A stretch of DNA of 54,965 nucleotides, counting the filler, from Asterionella formosa (taxonomy: Eukaryota), in assembly GCA_002256025.1 (NCBI GenBank). It is 5 parts of 5 records of this genome, joined end to end, with 100 filler letters (N's around TTAATTAATTAA, not from the genome) between each part and the next. Parts side by side here need not be neighbours in the genome. Positions count along the whole stretch, not along the records: positions 1 to 10,929 come from NKIB01008987.1; 4 more parts are not named here. The stretch is one strand, 5' to 3'. The notes beneath the pieces were generated by a model. It saw only the letters and a program-made list of their open reading frames with translations. It ran no database searches and had not been told where the DNA came from. Made by a program: the position numbers and the translations under genes. This document shows, piece after piece, positions 1 to 11,029 of the stretch. Each line of letters opens with the position of its first letter. Position 1 is the stretch's first letter.

Positions 1-669
1 CATTTATCCATGGGATTCTAGAGCACTGGTAATAGTTAAGAGGAATAGTGTATGATTTTATGCAGTTACAATGTCCAAATGAATTATTGCTGTTCCATTT
101 TTAATCCAAACACAGTTCCAGTACATTCATTACCTTACACTCCCTCACAAAATATACCTACTAGTACATACCGTATGTACACTGGTGAGACATGAATCAT
201 CGTGGTACCAGCTGCAATACCAGCATATCGCTCTCGGTGAAAGTGATATGCTGATGATGTGATGCTCGATTTCGACATCAAGCGTTACATCCAAGCTGAT
301 TCTGGATTCCGTTTCTCCATATACTCGTGTGTAGAATTTGTCGTATGTAGATGGCTGGTACAAACGGAACATACCGACCTCAGTGTCCGGTAAAATGGTT
401 GTGCAACTCATCTGTGTTCCGATCAGACAAGAACAGGTTGGGGGGTTCGGGAGGCACTCATGATTATCCTGTACTCTACTACCGGTATATAGCAGTTTTT
501 GTGTACACGATAAACTATTGCATTATGTACCATGTAAACATAATAGATATCGCATTTATGACTATATTCAACCCCCTGCTCAAGGTTCCATAGAAATATG
601 TACCACGACAAATAGTGCCTACACGAAACTCACTACAAAATTGACATAGAGTATTTTCTTGCATCTTGA

Positions 670-1444
670 AAATGTTGTACCCTCTCCGAGAATACTGTTG
701 CTCAAGTTTTCTCATCTATTTCTACATAACAAAGGAAACCTTGTCTAGTCAAAGTTATCAAGCTAATCACCGCGGACTCAACACTGTCGCTACTTTGGTC
801 ATATCTTCAAAACTGAGCAAATGACGACCAAAAACAACTTTCAGCACCGATTTCAACTTTTTGTTATCAATTCTAGTGCAAGAAATTGTATTATTCAACG
901 ATAATCTCGTCTATGTTAGTCTGAATACACGTGCGAAATAGGATTTGTTCATTGTCAATATTCGTGAAGATATTAAACTCCATAATTTCGTCATGGTCAA
1001 GATGGAGTTGCTGTCTCATCAACCCCATGCCACAGGCAACTGTACAAACACTCATGGAAGTACTGCCTGATCGTATCTGGTACCCAGTATTATGCATGCC
1101 AAGCATATATAATATTTAATGCTACTATACATACAGAATGTACAAAGTATATACAAGGTTTGTTGTATGTATGATGTGTTCCATGTCAAAAAGCTAAGTA
1201 CATCTGATTCATTATGCATCCGATTTCTTGACAAAATGTACAGTATTACAATTTTGAAAATTTTTTTTCGATTATTATGTTACTAAGTGAAAAGAGTCAT
1301 TGAAAATTTAGTTAGGAAAAGTTTCTATCATTTATAGAAATTAAAATTGATTTGCTACAAATTTAGTCAAAAAGTAATCCCGAGTTCCCCCGACTAATTC
1401 ATTATGCATTTTCGTTTACTTTTATGCAAAAAGTGTAATGGACC
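670..1444. mobile_element. Interspersed AT-rich element (putative DNA transposon end) abutting the Copia RT
   Basis: Segments 671-715 and 1264-1444 are homologous in inverse orientation to ~18690-18733 and 18253-18430. Both copies end sharply at ...GTAATGGACC, and here that end coincides with the point where RT similarity stops (…VDFMG). The left boundary is uncertain. Confidence 0.6.
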
Positions 1445-4400
1445 ACCCATGAAGTCAACCCAGAGACAAGCCACCACAGCATTCTCGAACCACTGCTCAA
1501 CCTCATCACTAACAGAGAAGTAGGCAAAGTCGTACACATATATGCCCAGCCACATAAAGGGGAGGGGAACTAGGCATAGGAGAGGAACCAAAGAAAATGC
1601 AGGGTTCATGAGGGCACTGGGATAAGCCCGGGGACAGGAGAACGTCCCGAAAACAGGTGAACCAATGGCAAGGGCTCCGATGGAGACCAAAGAGAGTTTT
1701 ATGGAGGCGCCAGTAGGTACCAGGCTTGGAAATGGGGCAACCATGAGGGGGTTTAATGACAACCACCTCGTCAGGGGGTAGAACAGGATGGCAAAAGGCG
1801 TTCTTGCAGTCGCCCTGTTGCAAAAGGCGGCTGTGCTCAACGGCAAGAGAGACCAGGAGGCGGAGGATGGCGAGTTGGCCTAAAACAGGGGAGTAAGTGT
1901 CAGACTTGGACCAGTAGATGGTTTCCAAGTTCCCGAGGACCACAATGCGAGATTTGGCATGGACTGGGTGACCAAGTTCATCACATTTGATGGTGACAAA
2001 GAACAGTCATGGAGGGAATGACGGTGCACCCAAGGAGTGATAACTGAGAGGCATCGATTAAATGAAAGGTATTCTGAGCGACTAAAGAGCCGTATTCCTC
2101 CTGATAAGAGGCCAGCCATATGAGACGATCAGGGGAAGTGGGGAGGAGGGCACGGTCAAGGGAAGAGAGACATTTATGAAGGAGGGAGGAGGCAGACACA
2201 TGTTTACCATTCCCAAGGAGCACAACAGGAGGTCCGGAGGGGGGAACAGAGTTCCAGCCAGTGAACAGTGTCTCTTCATGGAGGCAACATAGGAGGACAT
2301 GGGGAAAACTGCCTGTACCAACAAAAATTTGTCAGAATGCATCAGAGATAGAGGAGCTAGTGAGGTCCTTAAGGCCATAACACCAGGTCTTGAGACTAAA
2401 TTGGTCAACAAGCAAGGAGAGGAAGGCAGTAGCGGTAACCACCAGGGCTGATGTCAGCACCATAGCCAATATCAACACCAACGCGCTGGATGATGGAGGA
2501 AGGGTGAGGGAGGGGCAGGCCAGAGGGACCATGCTTCATGTTGACAACGTCGCCAACCGAGATGGGAGGCTCGAAATATTCCGACAGGCGAATGCCATCG
2601 GCCACTGTGGTAAAGATGGAATAATTACGAAATTTGCGGTTGCCAAAATGCTTGTGAAGATCAGGGGAGGAAAAACGGCGAACCTGGGCACCAAAGGAAT
2701 CAGGACGTTCACAAGTCATAATTGCAGGGACAGCGAGAGCAGAAGGATCCGTGGGCAGGATAATCTTGGATGATTCAGAGGAGGGGAGCCGGAGAAGGGA
2801 GGGGTCCGTGGCTGGGTGTGAATGAGGAACAACCCGATGGACAGGCCCTGTGTGGTGGTGAATGGCTGCACGATTGAGTGCAAGCAAGCTGAGCAATGGA
2901 GGGGGGGGGGGTCAGAAAGGACTAAAACTGATGGGGACAAGGTATCGTCAAAGGAGAAAGAGGAGGCTAATGGGGTTGGGGAAAAGGAAGGAGACAATCA
3001 GAGGAGTCGTCAGCCGGAAGGGCAAAATTAGGAAAATGGAGGTAGCAGCCAGAGGAGTCAGCAATGAAGGTGCACCCAGATCCACGGCGGCAATGAACGC
3101 TAATGGAGAGTAGGGGTATATCAAGGCCAGGGAAATGAAGGCAGTTAGACAACCGGACAAATCAGTCGCTGAGTTGAATGGCAACTGTACCACGACCAAG
3201 GACTGCGGTATGATCATTGTTGGTCACCCAGACAGAACAGTGAGTAAGGGGGACATACTATTCAATGAAACATTGGCGGTCAGGAAACATATCAACGGAG
3301 GCCCCAGAATCTGGGTAGATTTTGCTGGAGACTGGAGTGACATGTTGGAGGGAACCCAAGCAAGTAGGGGGGACCAGGGAAGTACTAACATGGCGAGAAG
3401 TGCCCACACTGGAAGGATGGGGATCATCAGAGTCAAGGTAAGAAAAGGCAGAATCAGGACAGTCATCCTCCGAGAAGTCCATTGGGGCAAAAGGATTGGG
3501 TTGGGCATGAGACACCATGGAAACAGCATGGCGGGCAGCGGCAGGGAGAGTGGAAGAGACTAAAGGAGGAATGGGCACCACTGGAGAAGAGGACTCAGCA
3601 GGGGGCACAACGGGTCGAGAAGGAGGAAGAACATCACCAAACAACCAGCCAGAACCAAGAAGACCACTACCAGCAGGGTGGGTAGAGGAGGATGGGGTGG
3701 GGCATGGGGTGGTGGAGGGGGGATCACCACCAGAGGAGGAGAGAGGTTTGGGAACAATGGAGAAACGGGAGGCAACCAGACTACATGCAGCAAGGTCCTG
3801 ATGATTACAGCGATGAATGGGGCATTTGAATTGCTGCATAGCCCTGGCCTGGGAGGCATTGAAGGAAGTGGTCCCAATCCATGCGGTTGGGGAGGTTGCT
3901 GAGGAATCAGATGAGGAAGGAGCAGCAGTACGGTGACCTGTGTGAGCCATCTTGGAGGAGTCAAACCCAGGGGTGTCAGTGTATGTCTTGGCAGAAGCAG
4001 TCAGTGTGCCCAGGGTCATAATGGTGAAGTCCTTCTGGTGTAAGAGGTAGTAGGATTGGACAAAGGCATGAAAGTCAGGACCAAGAGCCAATAGAAAACG
4101 ATAACAAATGAATTTTTCTGTGAATATTTGGCCAGCATCGGCTGCCTTTGAAACAAGTTCACAGGTGCGAAATGAAATTTGTAGGGGTGTCCTCTCTTTC
4201 TCCTTCTGGAAGAGATTATCCCAAGCTGTCAAAAAGTTGATAAGCAAGTAGGAATGGGAGACCCGATAATATTTGGTGACTTCAGCAAGGAGACCAAAAC
4301 CATTGTGGAGGATATCATTTTGGCTGCGCCAATGATCAGCAGCTTGGTCATGGAGGGCCACAAAGAGAACCAAATACAATGCCTGGGAGAGAGATTCATA

Positions 4401-5260
4401 TGAGGGATCATCAGGAGAGGCAAGGTGGATTTGGCGCCAAGCTGGGGTACTCAGGCGGGTGGTCAACATGGTGAACCACTAATTGAGTTTGGTATGATCC
4501 CCATTGAAGCATGGAGGGCTCATGGAAATCTCCTTCTTATTTTTGGAAGATGTAATGGAGGCCACAAGGGCAGCCTGGATATCGGCCTTAGTGGCAACAG
4601 TGGCAACAGAGGCAGCATGGGAAGAGACAATGGTTAAGGAATCAGCCACAGAGTCCAAGCCACTGGACTGAACATGGAGATGGGGAATGGGGGGATTCAT
4701 AGTGGGAATGAAAGGAGAGGTCCTTGATGGGAGAAGAGCGTGACACCTGGAAGGCAGGTGCAGACAGGGGAATGGGTAGGGGCCGATGAGGGAAAGGTAC
4801 ATGAGGCTGGGAGAAGGGGGCCTGATAGAAGAGTGCAGGGTCCAGACCAAGACAGCCAAAAGGGATGAAGGCAGCAAGAGGGCCACAACCAGGGATAGGG
4901 GCATAGGGGTCAATGTCACCAGCATGTTGAAGGTATGCCTGGGCAGCAGAAGAAAATTCGTTAAAACCACCAACGTGGCCCCGAATTGGACCCCAGTGGT
5001 AGCCAGCAATCAATGCCCATGCAAGAGGCCAGCTGTGAAAGATTCCGCAGTGGCGGCCATGGTAGACAACATAATATAGTTTGTTAGACCGATCCATGGA
5101 GTGATCTGTACCCAAATATGACAGGTGTCGGGGATGAGTAAAGCCATCAAGCAACTAGAGAAGGACGAGGTTCCTGAGAAGCAGAGTGGAGGAAATGGGG
5201 AGAGGTGGGTTGATGGTAATGGTGTTGGGATGAGGTGCCTGAAGGGGTTTGGCACGTCTG
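1445..5260 (-). mobile_element. Degenerate Ty1/Copia (CoDi-like) LTR retrotransposon internal region: HBD-gag-protease-integrase-RT, truncated at both ends
   Basis: Domains in Copia order across frameshifted ORFs: gag (3258-4469) with Zn knuckle CPIHRCNHQDLAAC; protease YPDSGASVDMF; integrase LHKHFGNR and VGVDIGYG..PGGYRYCL..VDQFS..TWCYGLK; RT KNAFCHP..LHKTLFGL.RSP..WF and IYVYDF (YVDD-like). No LTRs recognised. Confidence 0.9.
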
Positions 5261-5281
5261 TAAATAAAAACTATCATGAAT

Positions 5282-5322
5282 ATAGGATCAAGGGTATCGT
5301 ACGCTAAGTGGCACAGGATTTT
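5282..5322 (+). repeat. 41-bp dispersed repeat, probable transposon terminus
   Basis: ATAGGATCAAGGGTATCGTACGCTAAGTGGCACAGGATTTT matches the reverse complement of 17170-17210 at 40/41 positions. It sits where the Copia coding region is truncated. Confidence 0.75.
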
Positions 5323-8300
5323 TACATATATGATAGTTTTTCGATCAAAAATATGATCAATGTATCTTATAATTATGATCATGCAGTAAACTTTTACCAA
5401 GCTTGAAGTATGATGATACTATCATAGTTATAATACCATTGCATCATAGAATTAGTTATACATGGTCATATGATGTGTATACTTTTGTCATGCATCTATC
5501 TTAGCATGATCGTAATTCTCATCGATATCACTGTCTAAAATAGGACGAAATTGATCGAAATTTAGAACTATATTTAGCTAAGAATGGTTTTATGTTTCTA
5601 TATCTTGAGTGGCTACAGAATGTTCTACAATGCTCTCATCGCAATGATTGGTGCTTCAGCTTTCACTTTCACTTCCACATTCCCCCCAATCCAATTATGA
5701 GGGTTGTTGTATTGCTTGCCTTGCCGTGTTTCCCCTGCTATATTCCACTTACTCCTGATGGATCTGAGTTTGCATACACACATTTTCCTATTACTATTGA
5801 ATCCGTTTCGTTGTTCCAATCAGCCATACTAACAAATAGAAGCAATTCATGATTGTTAGCTGTTCATGTTTTGCTTACACAACAACATGCATTTCGCTTC
5901 TATCTGTGTTCACTTACCACAAATTGAGGAAGTAAGTGATGCATATTTCTGTAAAATAATGTGTCAGTTGAAGATTGAATGAAAGTATCGATCAATAAAT
6001 GGGCTCCAACACTGCTGTTTGTAACTTACAAATACTGTTTGTCTACCATTATCCTGAAAGAAGGAACACATATGTGTCAGTTTTTCTAACACCAGTTGTG
6101 GATTGATCCAAAGATGATAGCACTTACCGATTTCTTTTGTCCACATTGATGATTGGCCAGCCACCAAATCAAAAAGGAGCTATTGAATCACTGAAAGGGG
6201 ACAAGTCATTCCGTATTTATTATCCCAGCAATTGATCATCCTGGTGGCATTTGCTCTTGATAAACCGTGATGCTATGCACAGCTTGTTGATTCCACTCTT
6301 CTCCATCATATTCACTCCTTCTTAACCGCATGGTGTATCATCATGCTGTATTGTCACTTCAGTTTTCGCATCTTGTGTTGCTTGAGATCCTTCATTTCAG
6401 GAAGTGGATGCATGACAAGGAACATGAAAAGCATTTGCTCTTGACTTGTTACCATCAATTGATTCCGCCCTTCTCCTCTAAGCCGCAAGTGTCATTGTGC
6501 TGTATTATCACTTTTGTTTTCCGCGTCGTCATCTGTATTAATCCTTCATTTCATGAGCAAAGTGTATGCATGACAAGGAACATGAAAACATGATTTCAAA
6601 TGTTTCAGCCATGAATACATATATATAAAGATTTGTAAGCAGTTTAAATGTATATATAGTTGAAAATTTGCATAGTTTTAAACATGCTCGGCTCATTATA
6701 CGGCATATCCTGTGTATACTAAGCAACATCAATTTTGATGATACATAATTCAAATATATACAATGCCCGATGAGTTCATAGTTTTCCACGACCTGTTGAG
6801 TTTTTTCAATTTGTTTTGTGTCAATTCTTGTACCTACAAGTCAGTGGCTGATGTAATTAAGCCGCTTAATAAACGGGAGTCATCACCAATATTTCAAATG
6901 GTCGAAATCATACATTTATGTATATAGACATATGGACCAAAATTCATATGGCCTACCAGTAGTACTGTATAATTGCTGGTAATTACTTCTATCATGGAAA
7001 TGCCACAATAGTGCAGCGGAAAATTTGAATATGCTCATGTGCTTAGGATCATTTGATCATATTTTTAAGATCAATTAATCCTGATTCTTGAAAATAAATG
7101 TTGATTGTTCATTTTCTCATCAACGACACTGTTCATCATATGATCAATATGTTATTATCAAAGTTATAGGATATATGAATCAAGAATCATCGATTAAAGA
7201 TCATAGTTTATACCGGAGAAGTTGCTCATGCATGCAACCCCTTCCCTCTCCCCCTTTATACAGTACGGAAGTGATAACCCCCAAGCTACCAAATTTTTAT
7301 GTCTTGTAAGAATTATCGCAGCATGCATGCATACATGACTCCTACTGGTATATACTAGAATGCGGAAATGATGACCACCAGAGTACCAATCCTATAGGTC
7401 TTGTAGAAATATCGCACATGGCTGCATATCTAATGAAAGGGCAGGGGGAGTCATCCATGCACCTGTATAGTATGAAATATGGAAATGATCAAATATAGTT
7501 TACACAAGGAGCAGTGCATCATCTATGCCCTGTTATTTTAATTCCTATGAAATCTCTTGATCTGTTCTGCGCTTTTTTGTCACCACAATTGTTTTCATTG
7601 GCTGTTTCACTGGACAGTATTCGAATTGATTGTGCTTTGAACGAAGCAATGATCAAAGTACACCCCATTGCAGAATGTGAGTCTCATAACTAAGTATGAG
7701 CCAGTCGATTAAAATTGGACTGTCTTTTGTGCACCCTTGCTTGTTGTGTTTGTACTTGACTTGGCAACTGTCAGCCAAGAGCAGCCATGGTATGCCACCA
7801 TATATTGTCCATACAAATTTTCGAATGCGTTCAGCTATGATAACTTTTGCTGCCCCCTCCTAAACATTATCTCACCACCCTTGTCATCGATTGTTCTTTA
7901 TCCTTTGGCTTCACAGGCCCAGGTTACTCAATGCCTTCATCTGCAAGTTCAGCCAAGCAGGCCCACGTTGGCGTCAAGAAAACCTCAACCCCGATTTTCC
8001 TCACATGCTCCACCCAGTGACTTCTTCATTGATGAAGTCGAGGTAGCTATATTGATGTCAGGTGGCGCAGGCTTGTGTATACTAGATTGATGATGCCGAA
8101 AGCATTGCTTCTTTTTCCGGTAGGTACCTATTGGTCAACATTGTTTGGGTCAATCTATTCTTGTTCCCGCAAGACCAGAAGCAATTATCCCTTTACTTCT
8201 CCTCCCAAGAACCTTCATTTCTCTTTCACAATTGTCCTGATGTGTTTGCAGAGTATTTTTAGTTCTCTTTTGATTTTTCCACCGGTTTCGATCCCTTTTG

Positions 8301-9539
8301 CATTCAAGTCAAGAAACAAGCAACTCATTGAGATTTCTGGAGCTTTTGGCCAGTGGCACCATAAAGCAACAATCAACAGATCATGGCGGCTGTTCTCCAT
8401 TTTCTGTAGCAAGTGACATTCAAGAAGGGTCTGATATCATTGGGGAGAAAACTTAGTAGGATTCTCTGTGTATGCCCCCGCCTGTTTGGCATTCTACCAT
8501 TGCTTCCTCTCAATCAATACTGGCTAGTATAGCTAATGAAAACCATAATTAGATGAAATGTGACTTCCGGTTTCTAATATTTTTCATTGTTGCACTACTG
8601 AAACTTGAATCCATAAATGGGCATTCAACTTGTGCTTCTTGCATTTTTGTAGGATAGACTGGCTGGTGGGCGATAGGCCAACGTTTCTCACTTTTCATGA
8701 ACATCTACAAAGTACTAGTGCTTTTGTCTAGGTTTGTGTCTAAATCCAACTGCTGCCATCCATTGAAATATTCCAGATACATCAAAGAATACGCTCCTGT
8801 CTTCAAAGGTAAGGAACTAGTACGATGACAAAGGAAATCTGATGAGACATGAAAATTACGAAACCAGAATCACTCTGTTACTATAAATAGATAGTCTCAT
8901 GCTTCTTTGTGCATATCGCCTGCTATGCTGCGTTTCAAATCTAGATGTATTACGTTCTTGTTATAGAGACGATATTACGGAGAAGTAGATTGTGCTGTTC
9001 TATAATGATGCTATTTAGCTATGATTGAGGTTGTAACACTGATTGATGCTCTGGTGACAGACCGGCCGGAAATATTCGTCTTGTGTGATGAGCCATTTCG
9101 TTTTGATTGGATTTCTTTTCAAGCTTTTCACGGATTGCATACGAACATACTGTACAATGCAGATGATGATTCATCGAAGACATGATAGCTATGATGACTT
9201 GAATGACAAATGAAGATTTTATCACAAATACTTGTTCCTCTCGACATGACTCCTTTGTTGTTGTTGCTGCAAGAATCAGAGTGAGGACTGGCAAGGATGA
9301 TGAGCCAAACCACATTACTTTAACTGGTACATTATCCTACCAAGAAATTTAAATAAAGGAACCTAAAAGAAACAATACATATAATGATTAAATTTCTATA
9401 GTCAAAAGGGTTACTATTTAAATTACGAGGGCATTTTTCAAAATTATTAGGTGATATAACGAAAAATTATGATCATATCATATGATCATAATCCTATGAT
9501 GCATCATTGGAATATTATGGTTTTTATTTGCAGACGTAG

Positions 9540-10120
9540 ACAGGAGAGCCATAAGCTGCAGAGTGAATGGGGTGTGTGGTAGAGGATATGGAGTGAGCTG
9601 AGCAAGTTCGGCTTGAAGATGGGCCACCCCCAAGCTGTAGGAGTGGGAGGAAGGGCCAGAAAGGGCAGACCAGGCAGAGGCATGGTCAGAAAGGTGAAGA
9701 TAGGATGCCGGGGAAGCCAAAGGCAGAGCCTGGGGTGAAAAATGGGTGGTGGGTAGGGACTCATAGAATAAGGGGCTGAATAGCAAAGAGGAGGCACAGA
9801 CATGTGGGGGTCCATAGTGAACTCAGATAATGAGGGTGGGACAAAATGCGGAAGGGGAGCATTAGTGGAGAACTGGTGATGGCAGGTAGGGTTAGGGTTA
9901 AGATTAGGGTTAAGCGGTGCCACCAAAAGTTCACCATGGGGATGGGGAAATAATGCACCAGCATTGTGGTGTTGCCATGCAGCCAATTAGCCACTGAATG
10001 CAGCTGCATCAGTGTCATTGGCATCATGAGGCAATGGAGATCGCATGATGGAGAGAAGTCTGGTAAGGGATCAGTAACCTGTGTGTGTTGCGAGGGAGAA
10101 ACACTTGCAACGGGTGCCAT
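9540..10120 (-). mobile_element. Possible decayed retroelement gag-like/proline-rich remnant
   Basis: GC-rich, strand-asymmetric, CpG-poor block with Pro/His-rich minus-strand frames, similar in composition to 4600-5260. No diagnostic motif. Confidence 0.25.
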
Positions 10121-10291
10121 CTAAAGTAGTATTTAACTAGCTGTAGAGGGACCAGTACTCACGGGAATTAAGCACTTACAGGAATCTTGGTTGGACATAC
10201 GGAGTAACCGGTATATGGTACCAGTACCAACACATATGACGGTCCCAGGTTACCTGGAGTACCAGGTACCCAGTAAGAATGGCAACGATTA

Positions 10292-10381
10292 GCAAGTTGC
10301 GGTCATTTTGCTTAAACTAACATTTCAATCTGGGATAAAGATAGCTAAACATTTAGGTTCAGCAAAATTACCGCAACTTGC
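10292..10381. mobile_element. 90-bp MITE-like hairpin element, copy 1
   Basis: Terminal inverted repeats GCAAGTTGCGGTCATTTTGCT / AGCAAAATTACCGCAACTTGC (1 mismatch in 21). A second full copy lies at 22871-22960. Confidence 0.85.
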
Positions 10382-10629
10382 AGGTGTATATGGATTATCA
10401 TCACTGTATAATAGTGTATACCGATAGTGTTTCTGACTTGATATATAATAACCAGGTTATTAATACTGCTTTACTATAATAACCGTGGTTATTTGTCATC
10501 AAGTCTGACTTGGTGGCGTCAGACTTTGGACTCAAGTCCAGACTTGGTATAAATAACTAAGCTCAGAGAAAGATGCGAATACATCTGACATCATGAATTC
10601 ACAAACAAAACATCCCATTCTCCATTACC

Positions 10630-10891
10630 ATGATGAACAAGGCTGCTACCGCTTTCGCTCTCCTGCTATTGTGCCTAACTACGGCCTGCTCGGGCTTTAC
10701 GGCTCCTCGCTCTTCGATGAATCCGAGCATGAGCAGTGCTAGATTCGCCTCGAAGGAACAACGACAGCAAGAATCCGACTTTGATGTGATGGGAATCGCC
10801 GTGTCGACGTTGTCCTTTTGGGCCACTTCGGCATCAGTAGCTTCTGCTGCGGGTCCTGATTGGGGTATTTTTGAAGGAAAGACAATGTCTC
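10630..10891 (+). CDS. Exon 1 of a plastid-targeted protein, probably DUF4079-like; truncated by scaffold end
   Basis: Signal peptide ending CSG-F (ASAF-type), Ser/Arg-rich transit peptide, hydrophobic stretch ending ASA, then AGPDWGIFEGK. GTAAGT donor at 10892. Confidence 0.7.
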
Positions 10892-10929
10892 GTAAGTGTC
10901 GTTGTTTGTGCGCTTGATCTAAGGTTTGC

Positions 10930-11029
10930 NNNNNNNNNNNNNNNNNNNNNNNNNNNNNNNNNNNNNNNNNNNNTTAATTAATTAANNNNNNNNNNNNNNN
11001 NNNNNNNNNNNNNNNNNNNNNNNNNNNNN
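10930..11029. other. Artificial scaffold linker (N44-TTAATTAATTAA-N44)
   Basis: 100-bp spacer with stops in all six frames. Identical spacers at 21953-22052, 32960-33059 and 43964-44063. Confidence 0.97.

Noticed and set aside
5600..9320. Fragmentary coding-like minus-strand sequence, with a 23-bp direct repeat at ~6408 and ~6566
   Set aside because: Probably a decayed TE, but no recognisable motif, so not called.
9885..9914. GGGTTAGGGTTAAGATTAGGGTTA telomere-like run (also TAAACCCTAAACCTAA at ~16175)
   Set aside because: Only two to three imperfect units; compatible with Pro-Asn codons or chance.
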